A stretch of DNA of 64,000 nucleotides, taken from an uncultured delta proteobacterium (GTDB lineage: Bacteria; Desulfobacterota; Syntrophia; Syntrophales; UBA2192). The notes under the pieces were generated by a model. The model was not told the DNA's origin, did no database searches, and saw nothing but the letters and a program-made list of their open reading frames with translations. Position numbers and translations under genes: made by a program. Numbering within the stretch: the first letter of the stretch is position 1; the number at the start of each line of letters is the position of its first letter. Location of the stretch: assembly GCA_963705165.1 (NCBI GenBank), contig CAVPJD010000014.1:35573-99572 (forward strand). Direction: 5' to 3'. Shown one piece after another: positions 1 through 12,635 of the stretch.

Positions 1-285
1 GTTGATGATGCGCCCGAGGCCCGCCTCGCCGACGGGAACCATGATCGGGGCGCCCGTGTCCTTCACCGGCATGCCGCGCACCAGGCCGTCGGTGATGTCC
101 ATGGCGATGCAGCGCACCACGTTGTCGCCCAGGTGCTGGGCCACCTCGATGACGAGGTTGTCCTCGTTGTCATCAATGGCCTTGTTCGTGATGGTGAGGG
201 CCGTAAGGATGGTGGGAAGTTTGCCCTCTCCGAACTCCACGTCGACAACAGGCCCGATGACCTGTACAACGGTTCCGATATTCAT
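1..285 (-). CDS. atpD: F1 ATP synthase subunit beta, N-terminal part (runs off window)
   Basis: Manual translation from ATG at 285: [30 protein letters not shown]...[35 protein letters not shown]; follows atpG. Confidence 0.96.
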   Translation of the reverse strand, partial: MNIGTVVQVIGPVVDVEFGEGKLPTILTALTITNKAIDDNEDNLVIEVAQHLGDNVVRCIAMDITDGLVRGMPVKDTGAPIMVPVGEAGLGRIIN

Positions 286-364
286 AACTCTCTCCTGTGA
301 AAAGTGTTTTCCTTCTAGGTTCATTCAGGGCCGGTGCGCCCCGCAGGGGGACCCGTCCGGTTTA

Positions 365-1234
365 TCAGCCTGACTTGAGGGCCTCGGTACCGCCCACGAT
401 ATCCATGAGCTCCATCGTGATGGCCTGCTGCCTCGCCTTGTTGTATTTCAGGCTCAATGAGCGGACCATATCCTCGCAGTTGGTCGTGGCGTTGTCCATG
501 GACACCATACGGGCGCCGTGCTCGCCGGCCGAGGTCTCGAGCAGGGCGCGGTATATGAGGACGCGCAGGTACATCGGGAGCAGCTGGTCGAGCAAAACCT
601 CGTCGGAGGGCTCGTAGATGTAGTCGATCCGCTTGTCGATGTCCACGTCCTCGCCCCCGATGGAAGGCAGGGGCAGGAGCCTCACGGTCTTGGGCTTCTG
701 GATGCCGACGTTACGGAACTCGCTGTAGATCAGGTACAGCTCGTCGTACTCCTCGGCCACGAAGGCCGGAATCGCATCCTCCCCGACGGCGATGGCGAGG
801 TTCATGTCGAACTTCTTCAAGACGTCGGCGTGGGCATGGACGATCTTCGCCTTTTTTCGGAAGTAGTCGCGGGCTTTGCGACCCACGGGGATGAGCGATA
901 CGTCCTTGCCTTCCTTCGTTTTGGCCGCCATGAACTGTTCGGCCATCTTGAGCAGGTTCGTGTTGAAGCTCCCGCAAAGCCCCCTGTCGGAGGTCATGAG
1001 GATGACCCGGATCCGCCGGGGGTCCCTCACGGCCAGAAGGCCGTGGGCCCTCGTGTCCACGCGCAGGGCCAGGCTGCTCAGCACGTCCATGAACTTGATT
1101 GCGTAGGGCCTGAAATTCTCCATCCGCATCTGGGCGTTTTTGAGCTTCGAGGCCGCGACCATGTTCATGGCCCGGGTGATCTGCTTGGTCTTGCCAACCG
1201 CGGTGATCTGTCGCTTGATGTCTCTCAGTGCCAT
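365..1234 (-). CDS. atpG: F1 ATP synthase subunit gamma
   Basis: ITRAMNMVAASKL, SDRGLCGSFN, NKARQQAITMELMDIVGG motifs. Confidence 0.97.
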   Translation of the reverse strand: MALRDIKRQITAVGKTKQITRAMNMVAASKLKNAQMRMENFRPYAIKFMDVLSSLALRVDTRAHGLLAVRDPRRIRVILMTSDRGLCGSFNTNLLKMAEQFMAAKTKEGKDVSLIPVGRKARDYFRKKAKIVHAHADVLKKFDMNLAIAVGEDAIPAFVAEEYDELYLIYSEFRNVGIQKPKTVRLLPLPSIGGEDVDIDKRIDYIYEPSDEVLLDQLLPMYLRVLIYRALLETSAGEHGARMVSMDNATTNCEDMVRSLSLKYNKARQQAITMELMDIVGGTEALKSG

Positions 1235-1338
1235 TCTCTATCTCTCTTCCCGTACGTTTCCGTCACCCGGCTTGAGCCGGGCGCCGGCAGGCGAGGCGCC
1301 GCCGGGGCCCGACGTGGGTGTCATGCAGACATGCAAGA

Positions 1339-2859
<1,521 letters not shown>

Positions 2860-2863
2860 TCGC

Positions 2864-3409
2864 CTATCTCTCCTCTCCTAAGAGCTTCCTTATATTACCC
2901 AGTTGTGTTTTGATACTCCCGTCGTACATGGTATCCCCTACCCGGACGATGAGTCCGCCGATGAGCGAGGCGTCGTCCTCGACGGTCATTTCCACTTCCT
3001 TGCCCGTCATCTCGGCCACCCGCTGCTTGAGGGCCCCCTCCAGCTCGGAGGTGAGCGGGTAGGGGGTCTTCACGGACACGCGGACTTTTTTCAGGGACTT
3101 GTCCATGAACTCCCTGTATGCGTTCTCGATCTCCCCGAGGAAGTTGATCCTCTGCTTGTCCACCAGGAGTCTCAGGAAGTTGGCCGTTCGGCCGGAGATC
3201 TGGGTACGACCCAGAAGCTCCTCGATGACGTTCTTCTTGGACTTCAGCTCGAAGATCGGATTGGCAAGAAACTCCTGCAGAGCCTTGTTCTGCACGATGA
3301 GGGACGCGAAGGCGGCCAGCTCCCTGCCGTAGTCCTCGATTTTCCCTTCCTCGACGGCGATGTCAAAAAAGGCCCTTGCGTAACGCTTTGCCAGATCGCT
3401 GCTGATCAA
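2864..3409 (-). CDS. atpH: ATP synthase subunit delta
   Basis: [10 protein letters not shown]-terminus, [21 protein letters not shown]-terminus; operon position. Confidence 0.95.
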   Translation of the reverse strand: MISSDLAKRYARAFFDIAVEEGKIEDYGRELAAFASLIVQNKALQEFLANPIFELKSKKNVIEELLGRTQISGRTANFLRLLVDKQRINFLGEIENAYREFMDKSLKKVRVSVKTPYPLTSELEGALKQRVAEMTGKEVEMTVEDDASLIGGLIVRVGDTMYDGSIKTQLGNIRKLLGEER

Positions 3410-4014
3410 TTTTTCTTCACCATCCTGTCAAGGTATTCGCGAACCATGCCCTCATGGTCTTCTTTTGTGACTTTCTTCTTGAGAATGTCCTCGGCCATCT
3501 GGACGGCCAGCTCGGAAGCCTCCAGCCGCAGCTCATTCTTGGCCTTCTTGAGCTCCTGTTCCATCCGCGCCTTGGCGTCTTCCTTCATCTTCTCGGCGAC
3601 GCGCCCGGCGTCGGAGATGATCCTCTTCTTCTCCTCCTCGCCCTGGGCCTTGATCATGGCGGAGATGCCCTGGATCTCTTCCTCGGCCTTTTTGATCTTC
3701 TCGTCATACTCCTTGAACTTCTTCTCCGCATCGGCCTTGACCACTTCAGCTTCCTCCAGGGATATCTTGATCCCCTCGCGGCGGCCTGCAAAGAAGCTCT
3801 GCATCTTCTTCCACATCAGCTTATACAGGATGAAAAGCAGGATGAGAAAGTTAAGGATCCTCCAGGCGAAATCGATCAGCTGGGCCTTTTGATCCACTTC
3901 CTCCCCGCCGCCGGCCGCCCAGGCGATGGCTGCGACCCCGATGATCCCGAGAGCCGTCACCACGCTGCACCATGCGGATTTACTCAGAAAAAGCGTCCTT
4001 ACCCCTTTGCTCAT
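3406..4014 (-). CDS. atpF: ATP synthase Fo subunit b
   Basis: N-terminal hydrophobic extension, WRILNFLILL TM helix, long coiled coil; overlaps atpH. Confidence 0.9.
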   Translation of the reverse strand: MSKGVRTLFLSKSAWCSVVTALGIIGVAAIAWAAGGGEEVDQKAQLIDFAWRILNFLILLFILYKLMWKKMQSFFAGRREGIKISLEEAEVVKADAEKKFKEYDEKIKKAEEEIQGISAMIKAQGEEEKKRIISDAGRVAEKMKEDAKARMEQELKKAKNELRLEASELAVQMAEDILKKKVTKEDHEGMVREYLDRMVKKN

Positions 4015-4439
4015 TGGATGCTCCTTCCCAGGACCTTTTCGGCAATTTCAGAAGAGATTCTCAGGGACTGATTCCGCAAGAGCTCTCTGGCCGATGTCAG
4101 TTCCTTCTCCAGTTTCGCCTGAAATTCGCTCATCATCCCGGAGATTTCGCCCTTGGCCTTGTCGGTGATCACCTTGGCGGCCTCGGAGCCCTCTTTCTGG
4201 AGATCGCCCTTCTGGCCCATTGCCTCCATCTTGGCGGCCCGGATCTTGTCCTCGTACGCGGCCACGCGCCGGTCAATCGTCTCCTGGACGGACTTGACCT
4301 CTTCCTGGGCCTTGTCCAGGATTTCCTTCCTGCGGTCTATGATACGCAGGAGCGGCTTGTAAAGCACTTGATTCAGGATCCAGATCAGAAGGAGGAAATT
4401 GAAAAGCTGGATGAATACGGTGAGATTGATATCGACCAT
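4011..4439 (-). CDS. atpF2: ATP synthase Fo subunit b-prime
   Basis: INLTVFIQLFNFLLLIWILNQVLYKPL TM, coiled coil, IAEKVLGR end. Confidence 0.9.
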   Translation of the reverse strand: MVDINLTVFIQLFNFLLLIWILNQVLYKPLLRIIDRRKEILDKAQEEVKSVQETIDRRVAAYEDKIRAAKMEAMGQKGDLQKEGSEAAKVITDKAKGEISGMMSEFQAKLEKELTSARELLRNQSLRISSEIAEKVLGRSIQ

Positions 4440-4480
4440 CTGCCTACCTACCTCTCTCTCGCTCTCTCTTGTGCAGGCAC

Positions 4481-4513
4481 AAAAAAACCGAGCAAACTAC
4501 GAATTCACCCGGT
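4481..4513 (-). terminator. Intrinsic-terminator-like hairpin inside the atp leader
   Basis: ACCGGGTGAA-TTCGTAG-TTTGCTCGGT followed by a T-tract, ~40 nt before the atpF2 start; stem needs three G-U pairs. Confidence 0.6.
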
Positions 4514-4600
4514 CGGGTACAGAAACACACTACGGAGGTCCATGGCAGCTACACGGAGCAAACGGGCTTCTAAACTGTCAGAATAAATGGCGTTTTTCAT
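4505..4600 (-). CDS. Putative 31-aa leader peptide of the atp operon
   Basis: AAAGGGA RBS then MKNAIYSDSLEARLLRVAAMDLRSVFLYPTG; stop lies in the 5-prime arm of the hairpin. Confidence 0.5.
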   Translation of the reverse strand: MKNAIYSDSLEARLLRVAAMDLRSVFLYPTG

Positions 4601-4637
4601 GAAACGTCCCTTTGCGCCGTCCTGCTGAAACCGCGGC

Positions 4638-4667
4638 TTTCTAATCACAAACGCTTAAAATTGTCAA
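4638..4667 (-). promoter_or_regulatory. Putative sigma-70 promoter of the atp operon
   Basis: Perfect TTGACA at 4667-4662; weak -10 candidates (TAGAAA). Confidence 0.45.
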
Positions 4668-4769
4668 GCTTTTTTTCCCCTTGAAACGGGGGCTCCGGTC
4701 CGATCCGGGACAAAGCCCGGCATGCGGCAGGAATGCAGGACCGCGCAGCGGAGAAATATTGCGGAACCG

Positions 4770-5141
4770 TTACGGTTTTTCAGTTGTTTTGGCCGCCGTC
4801 CCTTTCTCCATCTGGCAGTTCCCCTCGAAGAGGCCCCCCTCATGGACGACGAAAATGCTCGTCTTGATGTCCCCGAAAAACTTGCCCGTCGTATCGATTT
4901 CCATTCGTTCCCCGACTTCCACGGCCCCGCGGACATCGCCGCCGACCATCAGGCTGTCGACGTTGATATTCGCCTCGATCCGGGCGCTCTGGCCAACCAT
5001 GAGGGTGCCTTTGCCCAGGATCTCGCCCTTGAACTTGCCGTCAAGCCGGACGGCGCCCGTGAAGATGAGCTTCCCCTCGAACTCGGTCCCCTCCCCGAGG
5101 AAGGCCTTGATCTCGATTTCTTTCTTCCCTTTGTTCAACAT
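4770..5141 (-). CDS. Bactofilin / polymer-forming cytoskeletal protein
   Basis: FLGEGTEFEGKL..VRLDGKFKGEI..GGLFEGNCQM beta-helix pattern. Confidence 0.9.
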   Translation of the reverse strand: MLNKGKKEIEIKAFLGEGTEFEGKLIFTGAVRLDGKFKGEILGKGTLMVGQSARIEANINVDSLMVGGDVRGAVEVGERMEIDTTGKFFGDIKTSIFVVHEGGLFEGNCQMEKGTAAKTTEKP

Positions 5142-5245
5142 GGCAATCTCCTTCGGAGAGGCTTAGGGCATAAGGCTCAGGGCTTATGGCCTAGGGAAGA
5201 AGAATCCCATCTTCGCCTTAAGCCTTAAGCCTTAAGCCTCGTTTT

Positions 5246-6346
5246 TTACGATTGCAGCACATACCTGCGCATGCTCACATTCATCAGGAGTCCCATGGCC
5301 ACCATCATCTTCACCATCGAGGAGCCGCCGTAGCTGAAAAACGGAAGTGGAATCCCCACGACGGGAAGAATCCCCAGGACCATGGCCACGTTGATGAAGA
5401 CCCCCCAGAAGATCATCATGGTCACTCCGTAGGCGATGAGCGTTCCCAGGAAATCCCGGGAGTGCTGGGCAATCTTGAGCCCCCAGAGGATCAGGGACAG
5501 CATGAGAACCAGCAAGAGCAGGGCGCCCATGAAACCCCACTCCTCGGCAAAAACGGAGAAGACGAAGTCGGTCTGCTGCTCGGGAAGGAATTTCAGCTGG
5601 CTCTGGGTCCCCTTCATGAACCCCTTGCCGAAGATCCCCCCGGATCCGACGGCGATGATCGACTGGATGATGTGGTACCCCGACCCCAGGGGGTCCCTCT
5701 CCGGGTCAAGGAACGTCAGCACCCTCTCCTTCTGGTACTCCGCCAGGAAGTTCCACCCCAGGGGAATGATGAGGAGCCCGACGGCGGCGAGACTCAGGAG
5801 AGTCCTCAACCGGATCCCGACGAAAAGAACCATGGACCCGAAAAGGATCATGAGCATCAGGGCCGTCCCCAGGTCCGGCTGCTTTAATACCAGAACAAAG
5901 GGGACAAGGACAATCAAAAAGGGCACGACCAGTTCACGGATCCCGTATTGTTCCTCCGCCCGGTGGTCGTTGAAATACTTCGCCAGCGCCAGGATCAGGG
6001 TGATCTTCACCATCTCGGAGGGCTGCATGGTAAAGCCCCCCAGGTTGATCCAGCGCTGGGAGCCCTTCGTCACCGCGCCGACGGCGAAGACGGCGATGAG
6101 GAGCACAATGGCCAGCCCGTGTATCACGTAGGCATACCGGGCGATCCAGCGGTAATCGAAGGCAAAGGTGAGGGCCATGACGAAGATCCCGAGCAGGACC
6201 CAGCGGATCTGCTTGAGGTAGGGCTCCCCTGAAATTCCATAGCCGGCGCTGTAGAGGTTCAATACGCCGATGCCGACGATCAGCGCAATGAACAGCACCA
6301 GCATCCAGTCGAAGTTGAAGATGAGCCGACGGTCGACCTTCATCAT
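5246..6346 (-). CDS. rodA: Rod shape-determining protein RodA (SEDS)
   Basis: GSQRWINLG, QPSEMVK, QPDLGT, LPEQQTDFVF, PFFSYGGSS; start MMKVDRR overlaps mrdA stop. Confidence 0.96.
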   Translation of the reverse strand: MMKVDRRLIFNFDWMLVLFIALIVGIGVLNLYSAGYGISGEPYLKQIRWVLLGIFVMALTFAFDYRWIARYAYVIHGLAIVLLIAVFAVGAVTKGSQRWINLGGFTMQPSEMVKITLILALAKYFNDHRAEEQYGIRELVVPFLIVLVPFVLVLKQPDLGTALMLMILFGSMVLFVGIRLRTLLSLAAVGLLIIPLGWNFLAEYQKERVLTFLDPERDPLGSGYHIIQSIIAVGSGGIFGKGFMKGTQSQLKFLPEQQTDFVFSVFAEEWGFMGALLLLVLMLSLILWGLKIAQHSRDFLGTLIAYGVTMMIFWGVFINVAMVLGILPVVGIPLPFFSYGGSSMVKMMVAMGLLMNVSMRRYVLQS

Positions 6347-8181
6347 TTCGTCTTCCCCGCAAAATAGGCTTCGATGACTTTTCTGGCCACCGGCGCCGCC
6401 ACCGACCCGCCATGCCCCGAGTGTTCGGCCACCACGGCAACGACGATCTCCGGGTTGTCCCGGGGCGCAAAACTGACGAAGAGGGCATGGTCGCGGTACT
6501 CGTAGGGGTAAGACGAGCCGTCGTCCCCCTCGGCCATCCCGATGACCTGCGCCGTCCCCGTCTTGCCGGCCACGTCCCTGCCGGCCACACGGGCCTGGCC
6601 ACCCGTCCCCCCCGCCTCGTTCACCACGCCCCACAGCGCTTTTTTCAGGAGCTGGATGTTCTCCTGGCTCACGGGGAGCACAGCCTTTTTCTCGGGACGG
6701 AATTCTTCGATGATCTCCCCTTCATCGGTCTCCACGCGCTTCACGATCCTCGGGGTGAAAAACACGCCGTTGTTGGCAACAGCCGCGAAGGCATTGGCCA
6801 GCTGGATCGGCGTCGCCGTGTTGTAGCCCTGGCCGATGGCAATCGAGATCGTCTCGCCGGGCTGCCAGGGGACCCCGAATCGGGTAAGCTTCCACTCCCT
6901 CGTAGGGATGAGCCCCCTTCGTTCGCCCGCCAGGTCGACCCCCGTACGGCTCCCCAGCCCGAAGGCCTGGGCGTACTGGGCAAGCCGGTCCACGCCGAGG
7001 AGCTTGCCCACGTTGTAGAAGTAGACATCGCAGGACTCAACGATGGCCCGGTGCAGGCTTACCCGGCCATGGCCTTGCTTGCGCCAGCAGCGGAAGTTGC
7101 GTGTCCCCATTTCGAAATGCCCCGGGCAGTTGAAGGCCGTCTCCGGCGTGACGATCCCTTCCTCCAGGGCCGCCGCTGCCACGATGAGCTTGTAGGTGGA
7201 ACCGGGCGGATACTGGCCCGCGACGGCCCGGTTTTCCATGGGATGCCGCGGGTTCGTGGAGAGTTTCTCCCACAGATCCGTTGTGATCCCCCGGTTGAAG
7301 AGGTTGGGGTCGAATCCCGGGCGGCTTACCAGGGCGAGGATGGACCCATCCCGGGGATCGAGAGCCACGACGGCCCCCGCCTTTCCTTCCATGGCCGCCC
7401 AGGCCGCCTTCTGTACCTGCGAATCCAGGGAGAGGACAACCCGGTAGCCCTGTGCGGGCTCGACCCGCCCCAGGGTCTTGACCTTCTTGCCGATGACGTT
7501 GACCTCGACCTGCTCCCCGCCCGCCTTGCCCCGGATGAAGGGGTCGAGGGCCTTTTCGAGACCGAACTTCCCGATGAAATCGCCGCTCTTGTAACCGGCC
7601 GATTTGTCTCGCGCGAGATCGTCGCGGCTCACCTCGCCGATGTAGCCGATGACATGGGCCATCATCTCTCCGTAGTAGTATTCCCGGACGGGCATGACGT
7701 CGATGCCCACGCCGGGCAGCTCCAGGGAGTGCGTCTCGATGAGGGCAAGCTTCTCCCGGCTCACATTGCGGTCGACCCGCAGCGGGGAGAAGGGCCTGCG
7801 GTTTTCGAGAATGGTTTCGTAGTCCATGGGGAAGGTCAGGCTGACCTTCGCATAGAGTGTCTCCAGCCTCTCCACGAGCCCCTTGAGGTCCTTCACGTCC
7901 TCGGGGAAGATCACCACGTCGAAAGACGGCCGGTTCTCCACGAGAACGACGCCCCTAGAATCGAGGATGATCCCCCGCATCGCCTTCACTTCACGGATGC
8001 GGATGCGGTTGTTTTCGGAGCGCTTGAGGAGATCCTCACCCTTGATGATCTGCAGGTACCACAGCCGCAGGACGAGAATGCATACGGCCACGAGGATCAC
8101 CCAGAAGAAGAAGGTGAACCGCTGGCGGTACTCGCCCGGGTCATACCGGACAAGCTTATCGGGCTTCGCCAGCATGGACAT
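6343..8181 (-). CDS. mrdA: Penicillin-binding protein 2
   Basis: PPGSTYK (SxxK), SCD (SxN-like), KTGTAQ motifs; N-terminal TM. Confidence 0.96.
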   Translation of the reverse strand: MSMLAKPDKLVRYDPGEYRQRFTFFFWVILVAVCILVLRLWYLQIIKGEDLLKRSENNRIRIREVKAMRGIILDSRGVVLVENRPSFDVVIFPEDVKDLKGLVERLETLYAKVSLTFPMDYETILENRRPFSPLRVDRNVSREKLALIETHSLELPGVGIDVMPVREYYYGEMMAHVIGYIGEVSRDDLARDKSAGYKSGDFIGKFGLEKALDPFIRGKAGGEQVEVNVIGKKVKTLGRVEPAQGYRVVLSLDSQVQKAAWAAMEGKAGAVVALDPRDGSILALVSRPGFDPNLFNRGITTDLWEKLSTNPRHPMENRAVAGQYPPGSTYKLIVAAAALEEGIVTPETAFNCPGHFEMGTRNFRCWRKQGHGRVSLHRAIVESCDVYFYNVGKLLGVDRLAQYAQAFGLGSRTGVDLAGERRGLIPTREWKLTRFGVPWQPGETISIAIGQGYNTATPIQLANAFAAVANNGVFFTPRIVKRVETDEGEIIEEFRPEKKAVLPVSQENIQLLKKALWGVVNEAGGTGGQARVAGRDVAGKTGTAQVIGMAEGDDGSSYPYEYRDHALFVSFAPRDNPEIVVAVVAEHSGHGGSVAAPVARKVIEAYFAGKTK

Positions 8182-8653
8182 AGACCTCCAGGCGATTGAA
8201 CAGGGCGAAGAGAGCGGGACTCAGGACCCCTGCGACCAGGGCCTGGGGAAGATAGGTCCGAAGCAGGCCCTGCGACACGTCGGTGCCGTAGACGGACCAG
8301 TAAACGGCGAAGATGAAAAGCCCCTCCAGCAGCACGCACAGAAACGTATAGCCCATGATGAAAAGCATCCGCTCCCCGTAGATTCTTGGAGAGAGCAGAT
8401 AGGAGAGGGTGAAGATCAGGACATAGGTGAAGGTGTAGAGCCCCATGATCGTGCCCGACACGCAGTCCAGGAGGAACCCCGCAAGAAAGGCGAGGACTCC
8501 CCCCCTCACCACGTCGAGGTGAAAACCGGCATAGATCACGAGGATGAGGGACACTTCGACGCCGATCCGGCCGCCGAACAACAGGTCCAGCAGCGTTCTC
8601 TGGAGAACGACGAGCAGGATCGTGAAGAAGGGAAGAAAAATATAATACGCCAT
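8156..8653 (-). CDS. mreD: Rod shape-determining protein MreD
   Basis: Small polytopic membrane protein, GFLLD motif, between mreC and mrdA. Confidence 0.85.
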   Translation of the reverse strand: MAYYIFLPFFTILLVVLQRTLLDLLFGGRIGVEVSLILVIYAGFHLDVVRGGVLAFLAGFLLDCVSGTIMGLYTFTYVLIFTLSYLLSPRIYGERMLFIMGYTFLCVLLEGLFIFAVYWSVYGTDVSQGLLRTYLPQALVAGVLSPALFALFNRLEVYVHAGEAR

Positions 8654-8752
8654 AATCAGGGTCCAGGGTCCAGGGTCCAGGGTCCAGGGTTCAAGAAAAA
8701 AACGAAATCTGCTTCCTTCCCGATACCCTATACCCTATACCCGATACCCTCG

Positions 8753-9568
8753 CTATTCCTTTTCCGTCTGCAACACGAGCACTTCCTCGATCTTCGAGAA
8801 ATCCACCGATGTCACCACCTCGATGGTCTGGAAGAGCCCGGGGTCTTTCTTGTCGGCACGGACGACCGTCCCCAGCATGAGGCCCTTCGGGAATGCCCCC
8901 CCGAGCCCCGAGGTGATGACCGCTTCGCCGGCCTTCACCTCTTCGGTCCGCTGAACGTACTTCAGGCGCAAAAGCCGGTGGCCTCCGCCCTGGAGGATCC
9001 CCTGGGCGCGGCTGCCCTGTACGAGGGAATCGATGTTGCTGTTGTAGTCCGTGACGAGCAGGATCTTGGAATAGTTCCAGGAGCACTCTATCACACGTCC
9101 CACCACCCCTTCCGGTGAGATCACGGGCAGGCCCTCCTTGACACCGTCCGTCGACCCCTTGTTGATCATGATCGTGCGGAAGGGCGACGAGCCCTCGTTT
9201 CCTACGACCCGCGCGGCAACCGTCGGGAAGATGGTGCTGTCCTCGAGGGCCAGGACTTTTTTGAGCCGGCTCCCCTCGAGCGACATCTCGCGGTAGGTGT
9301 TCACCTCGCCTTGCAGGGCCGCGATCCTGTTCCTCAGCTCCCGGTTTTCCTCCTCCAGGCCCACGAGAAAGAGGTATCGCTTCCAGGTTCCGCTCACGGA
9401 GCCCACGCCCGAGTTGATCGCACGCTCGACGGGGGCCGTCACCTCGAAGACAAGCTTCTTCACAACCCCCGGGCTCCCCGGGCGTCTGAGGCTCTGGGAA
9501 AGGATGACTAGGGAGACGGCGATCAGGATGAAGGCAACGATGACGGCGAGATACTTCTTGAGAAACAA
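8753..9568 (-). CDS. mreC: Rod shape-determining protein MreC
   Basis: EENRELR coiled coil, INKGSTDGV, TSGLGGAFPKGL. Confidence 0.95.
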   Translation of the reverse strand: MFLKKYLAVIVAFILIAVSLVILSQSLRRPGSPGVVKKLVFEVTAPVERAINSGVGSVSGTWKRYLFLVGLEEENRELRNRIAALQGEVNTYREMSLEGSRLKKVLALEDSTIFPTVAARVVGNEGSSPFRTIMINKGSTDGVKEGLPVISPEGVVGRVIECSWNYSKILLVTDYNSNIDSLVQGSRAQGILQGGGHRLLRLKYVQRTEEVKAGEAVITSGLGGAFPKGLMLGTVVRADKKDPGLFQTIEVVTSVDFSKIEEVLVLQTEKE

Positions 9569-9687
9569 CGATCCTCACCTGCAATGAAGTTGGAACCGAG
9601 GGCTTTCGTGTCCAGGCGTATCCGTTGCGCGTGAGGCCAGCTCGTCGGAGGTGCGCGAACTGATGCGGGCTGCCGCTGCCTGCCGGT

Positions 9688-10761
<1,074 letters not shown>

Positions 10762-10906
10762 TCAACCCCCGACGACATCCCATTTGAATGATGTGCTATA
10801 CCGCATTTGTAAGGGCGAATCAATGCATTTTTGCGAAATAGTTATTGCTTTTTCACCTCAATTATAATAGGGATTTTCCCTTATATCGAACTTCGAGGGG
10901 CACTCC

Positions 10907-12511
10907 ATGCTTCAGTTCATGAGAAAACATGCCCAGAGCTGGCTCATCAAGCTTCTCCTGGGTCTCATCATCGCCGTTTTCGTGCTTTACTTCGGTTCGA
11001 CGCGCTGGGGCGATCCCGCCGAAGGGCTCGTGAAGGTGGGCGATCAGCAGATCACCTTCAGCGATTACCGCAAAGAGTACCAGAACCTTCTCGACATGTA
11101 CCGCCAGCGGCTCGGCGCCAACCTGACGGAAGAGGTCGTCAAGAGCCTCAACCTCAAGCAGCAGGCCCTGGACAATCTGGTCAACCAGTCCGTCCTGCGC
11201 ATCAAGGCCGAGGAGATGGACATCCGGGTGAGCGACGAGGAGGTCCGGACCATCATCGCCATGCAGCCCGCTTTCCAGCGCGACGGCGTTTTCGACCCCA
11301 AGCGATACGAGCAGCTGCTTCGCTCCCAGCGGATGAGCCCCGATGAGTTCGAGGCCATGCAGAAGAAAGCGCTCCTGTCGGGCAAGGTGCAGGACATCTT
11401 CCGCCAGGGCGTGAAGGTTTCCGACAAGGAGCTGCTGGATCTTTACAGGCTCCAGTCGGAGCGGGTGAACGTGGAGCTCTTCAAACTCCCCGCCCGGGCC
11501 TGCCGCAGCAAGGTCGTCGCCACCCGGGAAGATCTCGAGAAAACGTACAACGATCGCAAGGACGATTTCCGGATCCCCGCACGGGTCCAGGTCAAGGTTC
11601 TCACCTTCACCGCCGAGGATTCCCTGAGGAAGGCGGAGGTCTCCGATGCCGAGGTTCGCAGCGCCTACGACGCCAACAAGAGCCGCCTGCCCCAGGTAAA
11701 AGGCGCGCCGGTTCCCTTTGACGCCGTGAAAGGCCGTATCGCCGATGAAATCCGCCTGATCAAGGCCATGAACCTGGCAGCCGGGGACGCCAAGAAGGCC
11801 CACGACACGATCTACCAGGAAGAGAACTTCGAGGCCTACGCCGCAAAGCACGGCCTTCGCATTCAGGAGCGGGGCTTCTTCTCCGTCAAGGACATGCCGG
11901 CGGAGCTCAAGCAGATCCGTGACGCGGAAAAACAGATCTTCAGCATCCCCGCCGGCGAGATCACCCCCGTCCTCTCATCGCCCCGGGCCCACTATGTGAT
12001 CAAGGTCACGGCGAAAAAAGAAGCCACTACGCCCCCCTTCGAAGAGGTGAAGAAGGACGTGGAGGAGCGCTGGGCCGCGATCGAGTCGGCCAAGGTCTGC
12101 CGCAAGGAGGCCGAGGCCGCCCTGGAGCGGATGCGCAAAGGCGAGGACTTCCGGAAAGTGGCAAAGGAGACAGGCGCCGAGGTGGTGGAGACGGGGCTCT
12201 TTGCGCCCGGTTCGGAGATCCCCAAGGCCGGCTCGTCTCCGGAGCTGATCAATGCCATTTTCCAGCTCTCCGAGAAGGCTCCCTACCCTTCAGAGGTATA
12301 CGCCACCAATGACGGCACCGTCATCATCCCCCGGTTCAAGGATCGCAAGCGCGTCGACGACGGCTCCTGGGAAAAGCAGAAAGACATGATCAAGGTCATC
12401 CTGCTCAGGGCCAAGGAGTCGGAGTACTTCCAGGCCTGGCTCAAGGACGTGCGCGAGACCATGGAGAAGGATGGAAAGATCAAGATGAGTGAAAACGTGC
12501 AGAAACTCTAA
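10907..12511 (+). CDS. SurA N-terminal / PpiD-like membrane-anchored chaperone
   Basis: MLQFMRK..LIIAVFVLYFG anchor, FQRDGVFDPKRY SurA_N-like region, degenerate rotamase regions. Confidence 0.85.
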   Translation: MLQFMRKHAQSWLIKLLLGLIIAVFVLYFGSTRWGDPAEGLVKVGDQQITFSDYRKEYQNLLDMYRQRLGANLTEEVVKSLNLKQQALDNLVNQSVLRIKAEEMDIRVSDEEVRTIIAMQPAFQRDGVFDPKRYEQLLRSQRMSPDEFEAMQKKALLSGKVQDIFRQGVKVSDKELLDLYRLQSERVNVELFKLPARACRSKVVATREDLEKTYNDRKDDFRIPARVQVKVLTFTAEDSLRKAEVSDAEVRSAYDANKSRLPQVKGAPVPFDAVKGRIADEIRLIKAMNLAAGDAKKAHDTIYQEENFEAYAAKHGLRIQERGFFSVKDMPAELKQIRDAEKQIFSIPAGEITPVLSSPRAHYVIKVTAKKEATTPPFEEVKKDVEERWAAIESAKVCRKEAEAALERMRKGEDFRKVAKETGAEVVETGLFAPGSEIPKAGSSPELINAIFQLSEKAPYPSEVYATNDGTVIIPRFKDRKRVDDGSWEKQKDMIKVILLRAKESEYFQAWLKDVRETMEKDGKIKMSENVQKL

Positions 12512-12635
12512 ACTGGTCTGTCTGGTCTATCTCGTCTGTCTGGTCTATTTGGTCGAACAAAAGAAAAGGATCGCGGAAATCACTTCCCGATCCTTTTTTC
12601 ATTCCCTGTACCCTGGCCCCTTGACCCTGGACCCG

